A program made the translations under genes and the position numbers. The notes beneath the pieces are model-generated. The model worked only from the letters and a program-made list of their open reading frames with translations, did no database searches and had not been told where the DNA came from. DNA of 64,000 nucleotides from Mobula hypostoma (taxonomy: Eukaryota): positions 83,020,001-83,084,000 of the forward strand of contig NC_086108.1 in the NCBI RefSeq assembly GCF_963921235.1, given 5' to 3'. Of this stretch, positions 11,801 to 24,190 are shown piece after piece (position 1 is the first letter of the stretch; each line of letters begins with the position of its first letter).

Positions 11801-12593
11801 CCCTTTTACTTAGGTAAGGGGATCAAAATTGTACTCAATATTCTAGATGTAAGTTACAAGTTCCTCTTTAGTTACCCTCTCTATTACATCCACAAAGTAC
11901 ATTCATGAATTTTCAAATATATTCACCTCTTATTACACCATAAAAACTCTGCTTCATTATCTCATGATTTTCTACATGTCTGGTGTGATTTTTATTTTAA
12001 ATATGGATGTAATATTTTTTATGGGGATGAGCAATAAATTCTAACATTTGTAATTCATTTACAGGCTTGTCAAGTACAATGTGCGTTCTATAAAGTGACT
12101 AAATATAATTGAAAGATTTCTCCACTGTACTGTACGACTGTGTTTCATTGTTGCTTAACTCCTCTTCATGTAGATTGGCAACTGTAGAATATTGATGTCA
12201 GCTTGGAAATCACAGTCATTTCAATGTCACACATAACACTCAGGTGATATATCAGTGATCCATCTGCGTTAATACAATCTGCACCGTGAAAAACTGGGGT
12301 TTTGGAACTGTCGAGAGAAATAGTTTATTTGCAGCCATTACTCATTTTATTGTTTATTATTTTTTATCTTCATCGAGAAAGATAGAAATGTTTCAAATAA
12401 TAACTTCACTTGTGTACAACAGTCCCTGCCCAACTGTTTCATTTATAATTTTCTCAGACACCTCGCATTTTGTGAGTACTTTCTATAAAATTAGTGCAAC
12501 GTATTTATCTGCTTCTTGACAAGTTCTTTTCAAGTGGCTCCACGGAAGCATTAATAACAAGACATTGACTCCAATCTACAAAGAGAGATATTA

Positions 12594-12829
12594 ACAAACA
12601 AGGGAAAATCTGCAGGTGACGGAAATCCAACCAACACGCACAAAATACTGGAGGAAATCAGCAGGCCAGCCAGCATCTATGGAAAAGAGTAAACAGTTGA
12701 AGTTTTGAGCTGAAACCCTTCAGCAGGGTGACTCCTGCTGAAGGGTCTCAGCCCAAAATGTCGACTGTTTACTCCTTTCCATAAATGCTGGCTGGCCTGC
12801 TGACTTCCTCCAGTATTTTGTGTGTGTTG
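12594..12829. mobile_element. Palindromic Penelope terminal-repeat derivative (MITE-like hairpin)
   Basis: Inverted repeat of about 95 bp (12632-12727 vs 12734-12829); flanking aagagatatta-like duplication at about 12580-12593 and 12830-12842. Confidence 0.75.
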
Positions 12830-12902
12830 AAAAGAGATATTAAGGTAGCTTGTTCAAAAAGCCAAATAATGTCTTAAAGGAGGAAAGACAAAAACAGAGT
12901 TT

Positions 12903-13450
12903 CAAAGTCAAAGTCAGAGTAAATTTATTATCAATGTACCTATATCTTACCATTTTCTTGTGGAGATTTACAGGAAAAAAAAGAAATACAACAGTATTTT
13001 AGAAAAAAAGCGTGTACATAAGCATAGGCTGACAAAACAGCCAATGTGCAAAAGAAGACAAATTGTGCAAAAAAAAGTGTCCTTTAAAGTGAGTCTGTTC
13101 AGAGCTGAGGTGAATGAATTTATCCACGCTGGTTCAGGAGCCGGATAGTTGAAGGCTAATAACTGTTCCTGAACCTGGTGGTGTGGCTCCTGTGCCTCCT
13201 GTCTGTTTGCAGTAGCGAGAAGAGTGCATGGCCGGAATGGTGGGGTCTTTGATGATGGATGCTATTTTCCTGTGGCAGTCCCCCATATGAATGTGCTCAG
13301 TCATGGGGAAGGCTTTGCCTGTGATGGACTGCAGTTTATCCACCACTTTCTGTAGGCTTATCCATTCATGGGCATTGGTTTCCATACTTGGTCATGATGA
13401 AACTAGTTAGGATACTCTCCAGTGTGTATCTATAAAAGTTTTTCAATGTT
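12903..13450 (-). mobile_element. Rex/Babar-like 3' fragment
   Basis: Minus ORF LQKVVDKLQSITGKAFP..EHIH..CHRKIASIIKDP; tail aaagtcaaagtcagagtaaatttattatc. Confidence 0.7.
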
Positions 13451-13699
13451 TGAGGAGTGACTTCCAGTAGAAGATCAGGACCTGTGCTCTAGTAGGTACA
13501 TTTACCACTGATGGAATGATTAAGTATGGAGATGCTCAAGAAATCAGAATAGCTGGTCAGATCTCTCTGTGTATTATAGAATTTAAAAGTATTACAGTGA
13601 CTGGGGGGAGAGCAGGAAAATGCCAGTAGGGAGGACAGAGTAAATGATGAGAGGGCTTTACAAACAAATATGAGAATTTTAAAACCAGGGCATTGCTCC

Positions 13700-15155
13700 A
13701 AGTTCAAAGTAATTTTTTTTATCAAAGTACATTAATGTCCCCATATACTGTACAACCCTGAAATTCAGTTTCTTGTGGACATTTGAAGTAAATGCAAATA
13801 AACACAATAGAATAAATGAAAAATCATACATGACAGAGATGGACAAACAACCAATGTGCAAATGACAACAGACTGTGCAAATACAAAAAAATAACAAAAA
13901 TGATAATAATAAGCAATGAATATTGAGAACACCAGATGTAGAGTCCTTAAGAAGTAAGTCTATAGGTTGTGGGATCAGTCCAGAGTTGGAGTGAGCAAAG
14001 TTATCCCCTCTGGTTTAAGAGCCGGATGGTTGAGGGCAAATTAGATTAGATTAGATTCAACTTTATTGTCATTGTGCTGAGTACAGATACAAAGCCAATG
14101 AAATGCAGTTAGCATCTAACCAGAAATGCAAAGAATAGTGTTATTTACAAAATAACTGCGAAATAACTCATCCTGAACCTGGTGGTCTGGGTCTTCAGGT
14201 TGCTGTACCTTCTTCCTGATGAGAAATGAGAATTGAGCATGGGCTGGACGGAAGTGATAATGCCAAGGAATTTAATGTTGCTGACTCTCTCCACCTTTGA
14301 ACCCCTGATGAGGACTGGCTCATGCACCTCTGGTTTTCTCCACCTGTAGTCAATAATCATCCATTTGATTTTGTTAATAATGAGTGAAAGGTTGTTGTTG
14401 TGGCACCATTGAGACAGATTTTCAATCTCCCTCCTATAAGCTGATTCATCGCTGCTTTTACAAACTGTAATTCGGCCAATGACAGTGGTATTGACAGCAA
14501 ATCTAAACATGACTTTGGAGGTGTGTTTAGCCTCACAGTCGTAAGTGTACAGCAAGTAGAGCAGGGGACTAAGCGCACAGCCTCAAGGTGCACCTGTGCT
14601 GATGGAGAAGATGTTGTTGCAAGTCTGAACTGACTGGAGTCTGCAAATGAGGAAATCGAGGATCCAGTTGCACAAGGAGATATTGAGGGTTAGGTCCTAG
14701 AGCTTATTCATTAATTTTGAAGGGGTTATATTATTGAATGCAGATCTATAGTTAATGAAGAGCATTCTGTTGCCTTCAATTTCACTGTCCAGATGTTCCA
14801 GAATTGAGCGAAAAGCCAATGAAATAATATCTACTGTTGAACTGTTGTAATGGTTGGCAAATTAGAATGGATCCAAGCCACTCCTCAGGCAGAAGCTGAT
14901 ATGCATCATCACCAACCTGTCAAGGCACTACATCACAGTGGATGTAAGTGCTACTGGACAATAGTCAATAAGGCAGGTTACTCAAGTTCTTTTCTGGGCA
15001 CTGGTATAATTGAAACCCTCTTGAAGCAGTTGAGTATCTCAGACTGTTGAAGCATAATGTTTAAGTTATCAGTGAACAATCCAGCCAATTGATTATCACA
15101 GGTCTTCAATGTTCAGTCAGGTACCCCATCTGAGCTGAATGCTTTCTATGGGTTC
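13700..15155 (-). mobile_element. Rex/Babar-like LINE RT region, truncated by the Gypsy LTR
   Basis: ORF 14145-14555 (LYTYDCEAKH...FRFAVNTTVIGRI...DESAYRREIENLSQWCHNNNLSL) plus TGAP*GC upstream; a short tail from another element is inserted at about 14041-14160. Confidence 0.8.
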
Positions 15156-15741
15156 TGTTGTGTATTTAATATTTCAGTAACATTTAAAATATATTATCTG
15201 ATTAAAAATTCTTTGTTTGTTTAAATAATTCATTGTGGGTTATACGTAAAAGTATGTGAATGGCATACGTCATCACAGCACCATGTTGTATGTGTGCACC
15301 TCATTTAAAGTAAAAATGAAGTTTACATGCAACTCTCAAGCTCCCTTGTTTTTCCATCAATTGGTTTTACATTTTGGAGATAGAAAACATAACTAAGTTT
15401 TAAATGAACCTGAGACAACTGTCTTCCTGTTGAAACGCAGCAAGATGTTCAAATTAAAATGAAGCATAGTGAGACATTCAAGTTTTAAAAAAAGAGCAGC
15501 GAGAAACAATCGCGTAAAACATAATGTAGTATGTGCTTCTGCATTATGTTAGGAGAGATGAAGACAGATGAGTTAAAAAAAAGGAAGTAAACAGATGAAT
15601 TTACGGGTTCATAAACAATGAGTATCGGGTAATGATAGTTATAATTTTTTTAAAAAGAGCAGAAATGGCAGGCTACATTGGAAAGATAGACATGTTCAAT
15701 TGCACAAGAGATAACTGGAATATTTATACTGAGTGAATGGA

Positions 15742-18550
15742 AGAGTTTCAGAAGATTATGGCTGGGAGATCATGTCCATGGAATTGCATTGTATCAAAAG
15801 GGCAGGCAGGAACACAGAGGGGGTGACGTTGCTCTGTTGATTTAAAAAAATGACATTAAATCATTAGAAAAGGGTGACATAGGGTCGGAAGGTGTTGAAT
15901 CATTGTGGATACAGCTAAGGAACTGTAAGGGTAAGAAGACCCTGATGGGAGTTATATACAGACCCCCAATCAGTAGTAAGGATGTTGTTTACAAATTACA
16001 ATGGGAGATAAAAAAAATGCATGCCAAAAGGGCAAGTTATAATAATATGAACGAATTCATTCTGAAATTTGAGAAGAGGTTAAAGTCAGATGTATCAGTA
16101 TTACAGTGGAGTAATGAGATTTACAGAGGCATGAGAGAGAAATTGGCCAGAATTGATTGGAAAAGAACACTGGCAGGGTTGATGACAGAGCAACAATGGC
16201 TGAAATTTATGGAAGCAGTTCGGAAGGCACAGGATGTATAAATCCCAAAGAGGAAGAAGTATTCTAAAGGTAAGATGACACAACCATGGCTAGCAAGCGA
16301 AGTCAGAGCCAACATAAAAGCCAAAGAGAGGACATATAATACAGCAAAAAATAGTGCAAAGTTAGAGGATTGAGAAGCTTTTAAAAATCAACAGAAGGCA
16401 ACTAAATAATTCATTAAGGAGGTAAGGATGAAATACAAAAGTAAGATAGCTAATAATTTAAAAAGGATATCAAAGGTTTCTTCAGATACATAAAGTATAA
16501 ACAAGAGGTGAGAGTGGATATCAGACTGCTGGAAAATTATGGTGGAGAGGTAGTAATGGGGGACAATGAAATGGCGGATGAATTGAATAAGTATTTTGCA
16601 CCAGTTTTCACCGTGGAAGAGATTAGCAGTACGGTAGAAGTTCCAGGTGTCAGGGGTCATAAAGTCTGTAACATAACCATTACTAGAGAGAAGGTTCTCC
16701 GGAAACTGAAAGGTCTGAAGCTAAATAAGTCACTTGTACTAGGTGGTGTACACCCCAGTGTTCTGAAAGTGGTGTCGGAAGAGATTGTGAAGGCACTTGA
16801 ACGATCTTTCAAGAATCACTAGATTAAATGGTCCTGGAAGACTGCAAAATTGCAAATCGCACTCCACTCTTCAAGAAGGAAGACAGGCAGAAAAAGGAAA
16901 TTATAGGTCAGTTAGTCTGACCTTAGTGGTTGGGAAGATGCTGGAGTCGATTGTTAAGGATTTGGTTTCAGGGTACTTCGAGGCACTTGATAAAATGGGC
17001 CGTGGTCAGCGTGGTTTCCTCAAAGGAAAATCTTGCATGAAAAGCCTGTTGGAATTCTTTGAAGAAATATCAAGCAGGATAGGCAAAGGAGCATTGATTG
17101 ATGTAGTGTATTTGGATTTTCAGAAGGCCTTTGACAAGGTGCCACACATGAGGCTGCTTAACAAGCTACGAGCCCATGGTTTTACAGGGAAAATACTAGC
17201 ATGGATAAAGCAGTGGCTGATTGGCAGGAGGCAAAGAGTGGGAATAAAGGAAGCCTTTTCTGGTTGGCTGCCAGTGACTGGTTGTGTTCCACAAGGGTCT
17301 GTGTTGGGACCAATTCTTTTTGTGCTATATGTCAATGATTTGGATGATGAAATTGATGGCTTTGTTGCAAAGTTTGCAAATGATACAAAGATAGATGAAA
17401 GGGCAGGTAGTTTTGGGGAAGTAGAGAGACTTCAGAAGGACTTGGATAGATTAGGAGAATGAGCAAAGAAGTGGCAGATGGAATACAGTGTTGGGAAGTG
17501 TATGGTCATGCACTTTGGTAAAAGAAATAAAAGGGTTGACTATTTTCTAAATGGAGAGGAAATACAACAATCCGAGGTGCAAAGGGACTTGCGAGTACTT
17601 CTGCAGGATTCCCTAAAGATTAATTTGCAGGTTTAGTCTGTGTTGAGCAAGGCAAATGTGATGTTAGCATTCATTTCAAGAGAATATAAAAGCAAGGATG
17701 TAAACTTGAGCCTTCATAAAGCACTGGTGAGGCCTCACTTCGAGTACAGTAAGCAGTTTTGGGTCCCTTATCTCAGAAAGAATGTATTCAAGCTGGAGAG
17801 GGTTCAAAGGAGGTTGATGAAAATGATAACAGGTTTGAACGGCTTGTCATATGAAAAGTGTTTGTTGGCTCTGGGCCTGTATTCACTAAAATTCAGAAGA
17901 ATGAAGGGTGACTGCAATGGCATCAGTGCCGGACTCCGGAGCGAAGGCTCCCGAGTTCCAATCCAAGTCGGGCCACCCCCCAAGCCGCTTTCCATCCGTG
18001 CCGGGTTGTGCGCCAAGCTAGCCGCTCAGCCTCGTAGAAAAAGAAAAGGGTTGAGTCAGGAACGTTGATATCGTGACCCCGTTAGTACAAAGGGAGACCA
18101 ATCCTGACACCACACGCCAGACAAGAATGGCTGACTGTCTGGTGCGACATGCTAAAAAAAAACCCTCATTGAATCTATCAAATGGTGAAAGTCTTTGATA
18201 GAGTGGAGACAGAGAGAGTGCTTCCTATGGTGGGAGAGTCTAAGACCAGAGGGCACAGCCTCAGAATAGAGGCATGTCCTTTTAGAATGGAGATGAATAG
18301 GAATTTCTTTATCCAGAGAGTGGTTAAACTGTGGAATTTATTGCCACAGGCAGCCGTGAAGGCCGTCTTTGAGTATATTTAAAGCAGAGATTGATAGATT
18401 CTTGATTGGTCAGGGCATGAAGGGATACAGGGACAAGGCAGGAGATTGAGACTGAAGGGAAAAATAGATCAGCCATGATGAAATGACAGAGCAATCTCAG
18501 TGGGCCAAATGACCTAATTCTGCTCCAATATCTTATGGTCTTATGGTCTC
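15742..18550 (+). mobile_element. CR1 LINE (EN-RT-3'UTR) inserted in Gypsy gag
   Basis: ORF 16797-17462 (GNYRSVSLT..GFLKGKSC..VYLDFQKAFDKVPH..VPQGSVLGPILFVLYVNDLD..KFANDTK); tail atcttatggtcttatggtct. Confidence 0.9.
17912..18162 (+). mobile_element. tRNA-derived SINE (5'-truncated) with poly(A) tail, nested in CR1
   Basis: Head gcatcagtgccggact..gcgaaggctcccgagttccaatcc..tccatccgtgccgggtt is homologous to the SINE at 5472; ends gcgacatgctaaaaaaaaa; interrupts CR1 MKGD|LIE. Confidence 0.7.
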
Positions 18551-20187
18551 ATTTTGAAGCAAATAAAATAGACCATGCAAAGCCCATGCCAGTTTTGCTG
18601 AGTGTGATAGGAGGAAGAGCATTCGAGTTGCTTAGAAGTTTGGCTGCTCCAACAAACCAGACAAAATGAGATATTGAGAAGGTAATGCAGGAACATTTAA
18701 AACCAAAACTACTGTTGATTGCAGATAATTTTAAATTTTATAAGCAGAATCAAAAGGAAGGGGCATCCATTTCAGCATACATGGCTGAATTAAAGAGGTT
18801 ATCTGAGCATTGTCAGTTCAGTAATGGTCTTAATGATGCACTGAGTAATCATTTAGTTTGTGAAATCTTACAAGAAAGCTTCAAAAACAGCTCCTAACTG
18901 AAGCACAACTCACATCTAAAAGAGCAGTTGAAATTGCTGTATCAAAGGAAACCACAGACAGAAACACAACTGAGTTGCAGTCAGGACTGAAATTGGGCAT
19001 GAACAAAATCAGATTGTCTGAACAGAAACCTGCCTGGCTGAATAATTTTTGTTACTGTTGTGGCAGGGGTTCACATTCACCAGAACATTGCAGATTTAAA
19101 GCTGAATCTTGCAGAAAATGCAACAAATTAGGACACATAGAAAGAGCATGTTGGTCAGTCAAAAAATAAATCAACTGCACAGGGAAGAGAAAAAGCTAAG
19201 AAGTCAAACTGCATATTCAAAAGGAGCACCAATCTGCATGTTGTTGAAGAAAATTCTGATAACGATGAGAGTGACGCAGGACTGAGTAGCTTTAGAGACT
19301 TACCGTGTGAAAACTAACAACAGTCAAGCAAAATAGCTTACACCAGAAGCGAATGGCAAATTAATTAAAATGAAATTAGAAACTGGATCAGCTGTTTCAG
19401 TCATTCCACAAAATAGGGTTGACTGATATTTTAAAGATACCAAACTAAAGCCTGAAGATATCCAATTAAGAACTTATACTGGAGAAAAGATCACTCCTGT
19501 GGGACTGACATTTGTAACAATGAAATACAACAAGCAACAAGCCACATTGGCTTTGCATGTAGGAAAAACAAGAGAGCCAGCATTGTGGAGTCCTGAGTGG
19601 CTGAGACAAATACAACTACAATTTGCATGTCACATCATCTGTAATAGAGTCAATGGAAAGCAAATTAAGAAAGGAACTGGATGATTTTTGCATGAAATGC
19701 TCCTTTGATTTCTCTAATCTTCTTGAATAGATTTTTTTTGTTTTTCCAATTCTGTTGGCTTCTTCAGCTTCTTTGCATCACTCTTTCAAGTAAGTTTCCT
19801 CCTTGCTACCTTCTTGAACTTTGCATTCAGTTGGAAATATTTGTTCCAGTCACTATTGGCCTTCACTTCTACTTCTTTTCACTGCTCAACTACTTGTAGA
19901 GACTCCACAGAAAGCCATTTTGCTTTCCTGGTCTTCTTTTTGTTTGCAATATTGTTTGTTGCCACCTCTTGTGCAATGCTCCTTACTTCTATCCATAGTT
20001 CTTCTAGCCTTCTCTCTACCAGGTTTAATTCATTGAATCTGTTCTTAATCTCCACGGCATGTTCTTGAGGGATGCTATCAACAGCAAGTTTTGCTGGTAC
20101 ATTGGTTTTCCTGATGCTTTTCTGTTTCATTCTGAATATTGCAAGAAGCAACTTACGGACTGAGCCACAATCTGCTCCTGGTCTTGT

Positions 20188-20346
20188 TTTAGCTGATAGG
20201 TATCTGAGCAGCCAGGGCATCAAAGGTTATGGTGAGAAGGCGGGGGGAGTGGGACTAAATGGGAGAATGGATCAGCTCATGATAAAATGGCAGAGGAGAC
20301 TCGATGGGCCAAATGGCCAAGTTCTGCTCCTTTGTCTTATGGTCTT
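20188..20346 (+). mobile_element. CR1 3'UTR fragment nested in BovB
   Basis: gataggtatctgagcagccagggcatcaaaggttatggtgagaagg...ctcctttgtcttatggtcttat. Confidence 0.8.
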
Positions 20347-22694
20347 ATATAGTCAATCTGGCTTCGGTGTTGACTGTCTGGTGATGTCCATTTATAGAGA
20401 CGCCCCTTAGGCTGTTGGATGAGGGTATTTGCTATAACCAGAGAGTTAATTTGGCAAAATTCTACCAGTTGATGCCCTGCTTCATTCCATACTCCAAGGC
20501 CAAAGTTGCCCATTACTCCAGGTGTTCTGTGATTTCCCACTTTGTCTTTCCAGTCTCCAATGATAAGTGTAACATCCTTTTCTTGGTGTCATATCCAGGA
20601 AGTGCTGCAGTTCCTCATAAAACTGGATAATTTCTATCTCTTTGGCATCTGTGGTTGGAACATAAACTTGGATCACTGTGATGTTGAAAGGCTTGCCTTG
20701 AAGTTGTATTGCAATCACTCTAATTTTGGGAGGGTGGGTTGCATCCAATCACTGATTTTGATACTCTTTATTTTGACAATTAAAGCCACTCCATTCTTTC
20801 TGCAGGTTTCCTGGCCATAGTTGAAAATCGCTAATTCCCAATATGTCAGTGCTTAGTCTTGCCATCTCGTTTTCGACCACATCTTGTTTACCTTGATACA
20901 TGGATCTTATATTCCAGGCTCCAATGGTGTATTGACCTTCACAACATTCGACCTTCTTTTCATTTCCAGGCACATCAGCAGTTGGACATCCTTTCAGCTT
21001 TTAATCCAACTGCATCATTAGCTCTGGTACTACCTTTACTGGTCCTCCATTCTTCTGCATTAGTATGTTGGGCACCTTCAGACCTGCGGAGCACATCTTT
21101 CAGTGTCATTCTCATATCTCATATAGATTAGAGAAATCAAAGGAACATTTCATGCAAAAATGAGTATAGTAAAAGACGAAGAAGGACAGGACCTTACAGA
21201 AGCAGAAGACATCAAAACGAGATGGCAGAAAGATACAGAAGAATTGTACAGGAAAGGTACCAACAGCGAAGACACCTGCAATGATCGAGAGCCGGACATT
21301 CTGGAAAGTGAGGTCGAATAGGCGATAGAAAACATTGCCAATAATGAGACTGCAGGATGTGACAGGATCCCAGTTGAATTGTTTAAAACTTTAAAAGGTG
21401 ATGCTGTAAAAGTGTTGCATGCAATTTGCCAGCAGATCTGGAAAACCCAGCAAAGGCCTTTAGACTGGAAAAGATCAGTTCATATCCCAATTCCCAAGAA
21501 GGGAAATATAAAGATATGTTCAAATTACCGAACAATTTCACTAATTTCGCATGCTAGCAAGGTAATGCTAAAGATTCTGCAAGCAAGACTCCAGCAACAA
21601 TCAGAACGAGAACAGCTGGATGTACAAGCTGGTTTTAGAAGAGGCAGAGGCACAGAGACCAAATTGCTAACCCACGCTGGATAATGGAGAAATCGAGGGA
21701 ATTCCAGAAAAATACTTATCTATGTTTTGTTGACTGCTCTAAAGCCTTCAACAGTGTGGACCATAATAAACTATGGCAAATCCTTAAAGAAATGGGGACA
21801 CCTGGACATCTGATCTGCCTTATGAGAAACTTGTATGAAGATCTAGAAGCAACAGTTAGAACTGAACACAGAACAACAAACTGGTTGGAGATTGGGAAAG
21901 GAGTACGACAAGGCTGCATACTATCACCCTATTTATTTAATCTATATGCTGAACACATCATGACGAAGCTGGTCTAGAGGACTCAAACGTTGGAATCAAA
22001 TTTGTTGGACAAAATATTTACAACCTCAGATATGCAGATGATACTATAATGGCTGAAAGTGAGGAGGATCTGAGGAAGCTTCTAATCAAAGTGAAAGAAG
22101 GAAGTGCAGAAGCTGGCTTGTTGCTCAATATTAAGAAAACCAAGATTATGTCGACCAGCCCTCCTAATTCTGTGGTAATAAATAGAAAGAAAGTGGAAGC
22201 AGTGATGGATTTTGTCTTCCTCGGTTCAAAGGTTTCTATAGATGGTAACTGCAGCCATGAAATTTAACCACACTTACTTCTGGGGAGGGCAGCAATGGCA
22301 AATTTAGATAAAATACTGAAGTCCTGAGACATAACATTGTCTACAAAGATCCGTATAGTCAAGTCTATGGTATTTCCAGTTGTGATGTATGGCTGTGAGA
22401 GCTGGACTATTAGTAAGGCTGAATACAAAAGAATTGACACCTTTTAACTTGGATGCTGGAGGAAAGTGTTAAAAGAGTTCATTGGACAGCAAGAAGATCC
22501 AACAAGTCCATACTTGAAGAAATACAGCCAGACTGCTCAATAGGAGGCTTGATTATGAGACAAAAGCTCAAATATTTTGGCCATATAATGAGAAGACGGG
22601 ATTCCTTGGAGAAAACGCTCATGTTATGTCAAGCAGAGGTAAAAGAAGGAGAGGACGATTGTGGCTACAATGAATAAATAATATCACTCAGACA

Positions 22695-24109
22695 TACACA
22701 TAAAAGTTGCTGGTGAACGCAGCAGGCCAGGCAGCATCTCTAGGAGGAGGTGCAGTCGACGTTTCAGGCCGAGACCCTTTGTCAGGCTAACTGAAGAAAG
22801 AACTAGTAAGAGATTTGAAAGTGGGAGGGGGAGGGGGAGATCCAAAATGATAGGAGAAGACCGGAGGGGGAGGGATGGAGCCAAGAGCTGGACAGGTGAT
22901 TGGCAAAAGGGATACGAGAGGATCATGGGACAGGAGGTCCGGGAAGAAAGACAAGTGGGGGGGGGACCCAGAGGATGGGCAAGGGGTATATTCAGAGGGA
23001 CAGAGGGAGAAAAAGGAGAGTGAGAGAAAGAATGTGTGTATAAAAATAAGTAACGGATGGGGTATGAGGGGGAGGTGGGGCATTAGCGGAAGTTAGAGAA
23101 ATCAATGTTCATGCCATCAGGTTGGAGGCTACCCAGACGGAATATAAGGTGTTGTTCCTCCAACCTGAGTGTGGCTTCATCTTTACAGTAGAGGAGGCCG
23201 TGGATAGACATGTCAGAATGGGAATGGGATGTGGAATTAAAATGTGTGGCCACTGGGAGATCCTGCTTTCTCTGGCGGACAGAGCGTAGATGTTCAGCAA
23301 AGCAGTCTCCCAGTCCACACGCCCTTACACTTCCTCCCTTACCACCTTTCAGGGCCCCAAACAGTCCTTCCAGGTGAGGCAATACTTCACCTGTGAGTCG
23401 ACTGGGGTGATATACTGCGTCCGGTGCTCCCGATGTGGCCTTTTATATATTGGCGAGACCCGACGCAGACTGGGAGACCGCTTTACTGAACATCTACGCT
23501 CTATCCGCCAGAGAAAGCAGGATCTCCCAGTGGCCACACATTTTAATTCCACATCCCATTCCCATTCTGACATGTCTATCCACGGCCTCCTCTACTGTAA
23601 AGATGAAGCCACACTCAGGTTGGAGGAACAACACTTTATATTCCGTCTGGGTAGCTTCCAACCTGATGGCACGAACATCAACTTCTCTAACTTCTGCTAA
23701 TGCCCCACCTCCCCCTCATACCCCATCTATTACTTATTTTTATACACACATTCTTTCTCTCACTCTCCTTTGTCCCTCTGAATATACCTCTTGCCCATCC
23801 TCTGGGTCCCCCCCCTTTCTTCCCGAACCTCCTGTCCCACGATCCTCTCATATCCCCTTTTGCCTATCACCTGTCCAGCTCTTGGCTCCATCCCTCCCCC
23901 TCCTGTCTTCTCCTATCATTTTGGATCTCCCCCTCCCCCTCCAACTTTCAAATCCCTTACTCACTCTTCCTTCAGTTAGTCCTGACGAAGGGTCTCGGCC
24001 TGAAACGTCGACTGCACCTCTTCCTAGAGATACTGCCTGGCCTGCTGTGTTCACCAGCAACTTTTATGTGTGTTGCTTGAATTTCCAGCATCTGCAGAAT
24101 TCCTGTTGT
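22695..24109 (+). mobile_element. Penelope-like element with long inverted 5' arm and GIY-YIG endonuclease domain
   Basis: ORF 23290-23700 (FTCESTGVIYCVRCSRCGLLYIGETRRRLGDRFTEH...HF...EEQH). Arm 22695-23315 is the reverse complement of about 23465-24072. TSD tcactcagaca at 22684-22694 and 24110-24120. Confidence 0.9.
23978..24013 (+). ncRNA. Minimal type-I hammerhead ribozyme motif, intact core
   Basis: AGTC-CTGACGA-a-GGGT-ctcg-GCCT-GAAAC-GTC-GACT; palindromic ACGT helix III; predicted cleavage after C24009. Confidence 0.75.
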
Positions 24110-24190
24110 TCACTCAGACAATGTGTATGATCTTAGGGGATCTTAGGGAGGCAGTTTCCAACAAGAAGGCTTGGTGTGCAGGAGTCCACA

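Noticed and set aside
23290..23700. GIY-YIG ORF as a standalone or homing nuclease gene
   Set aside because: It is the 5'-truncated Penelope endonuclease, with similar copies elsewhere in the window.
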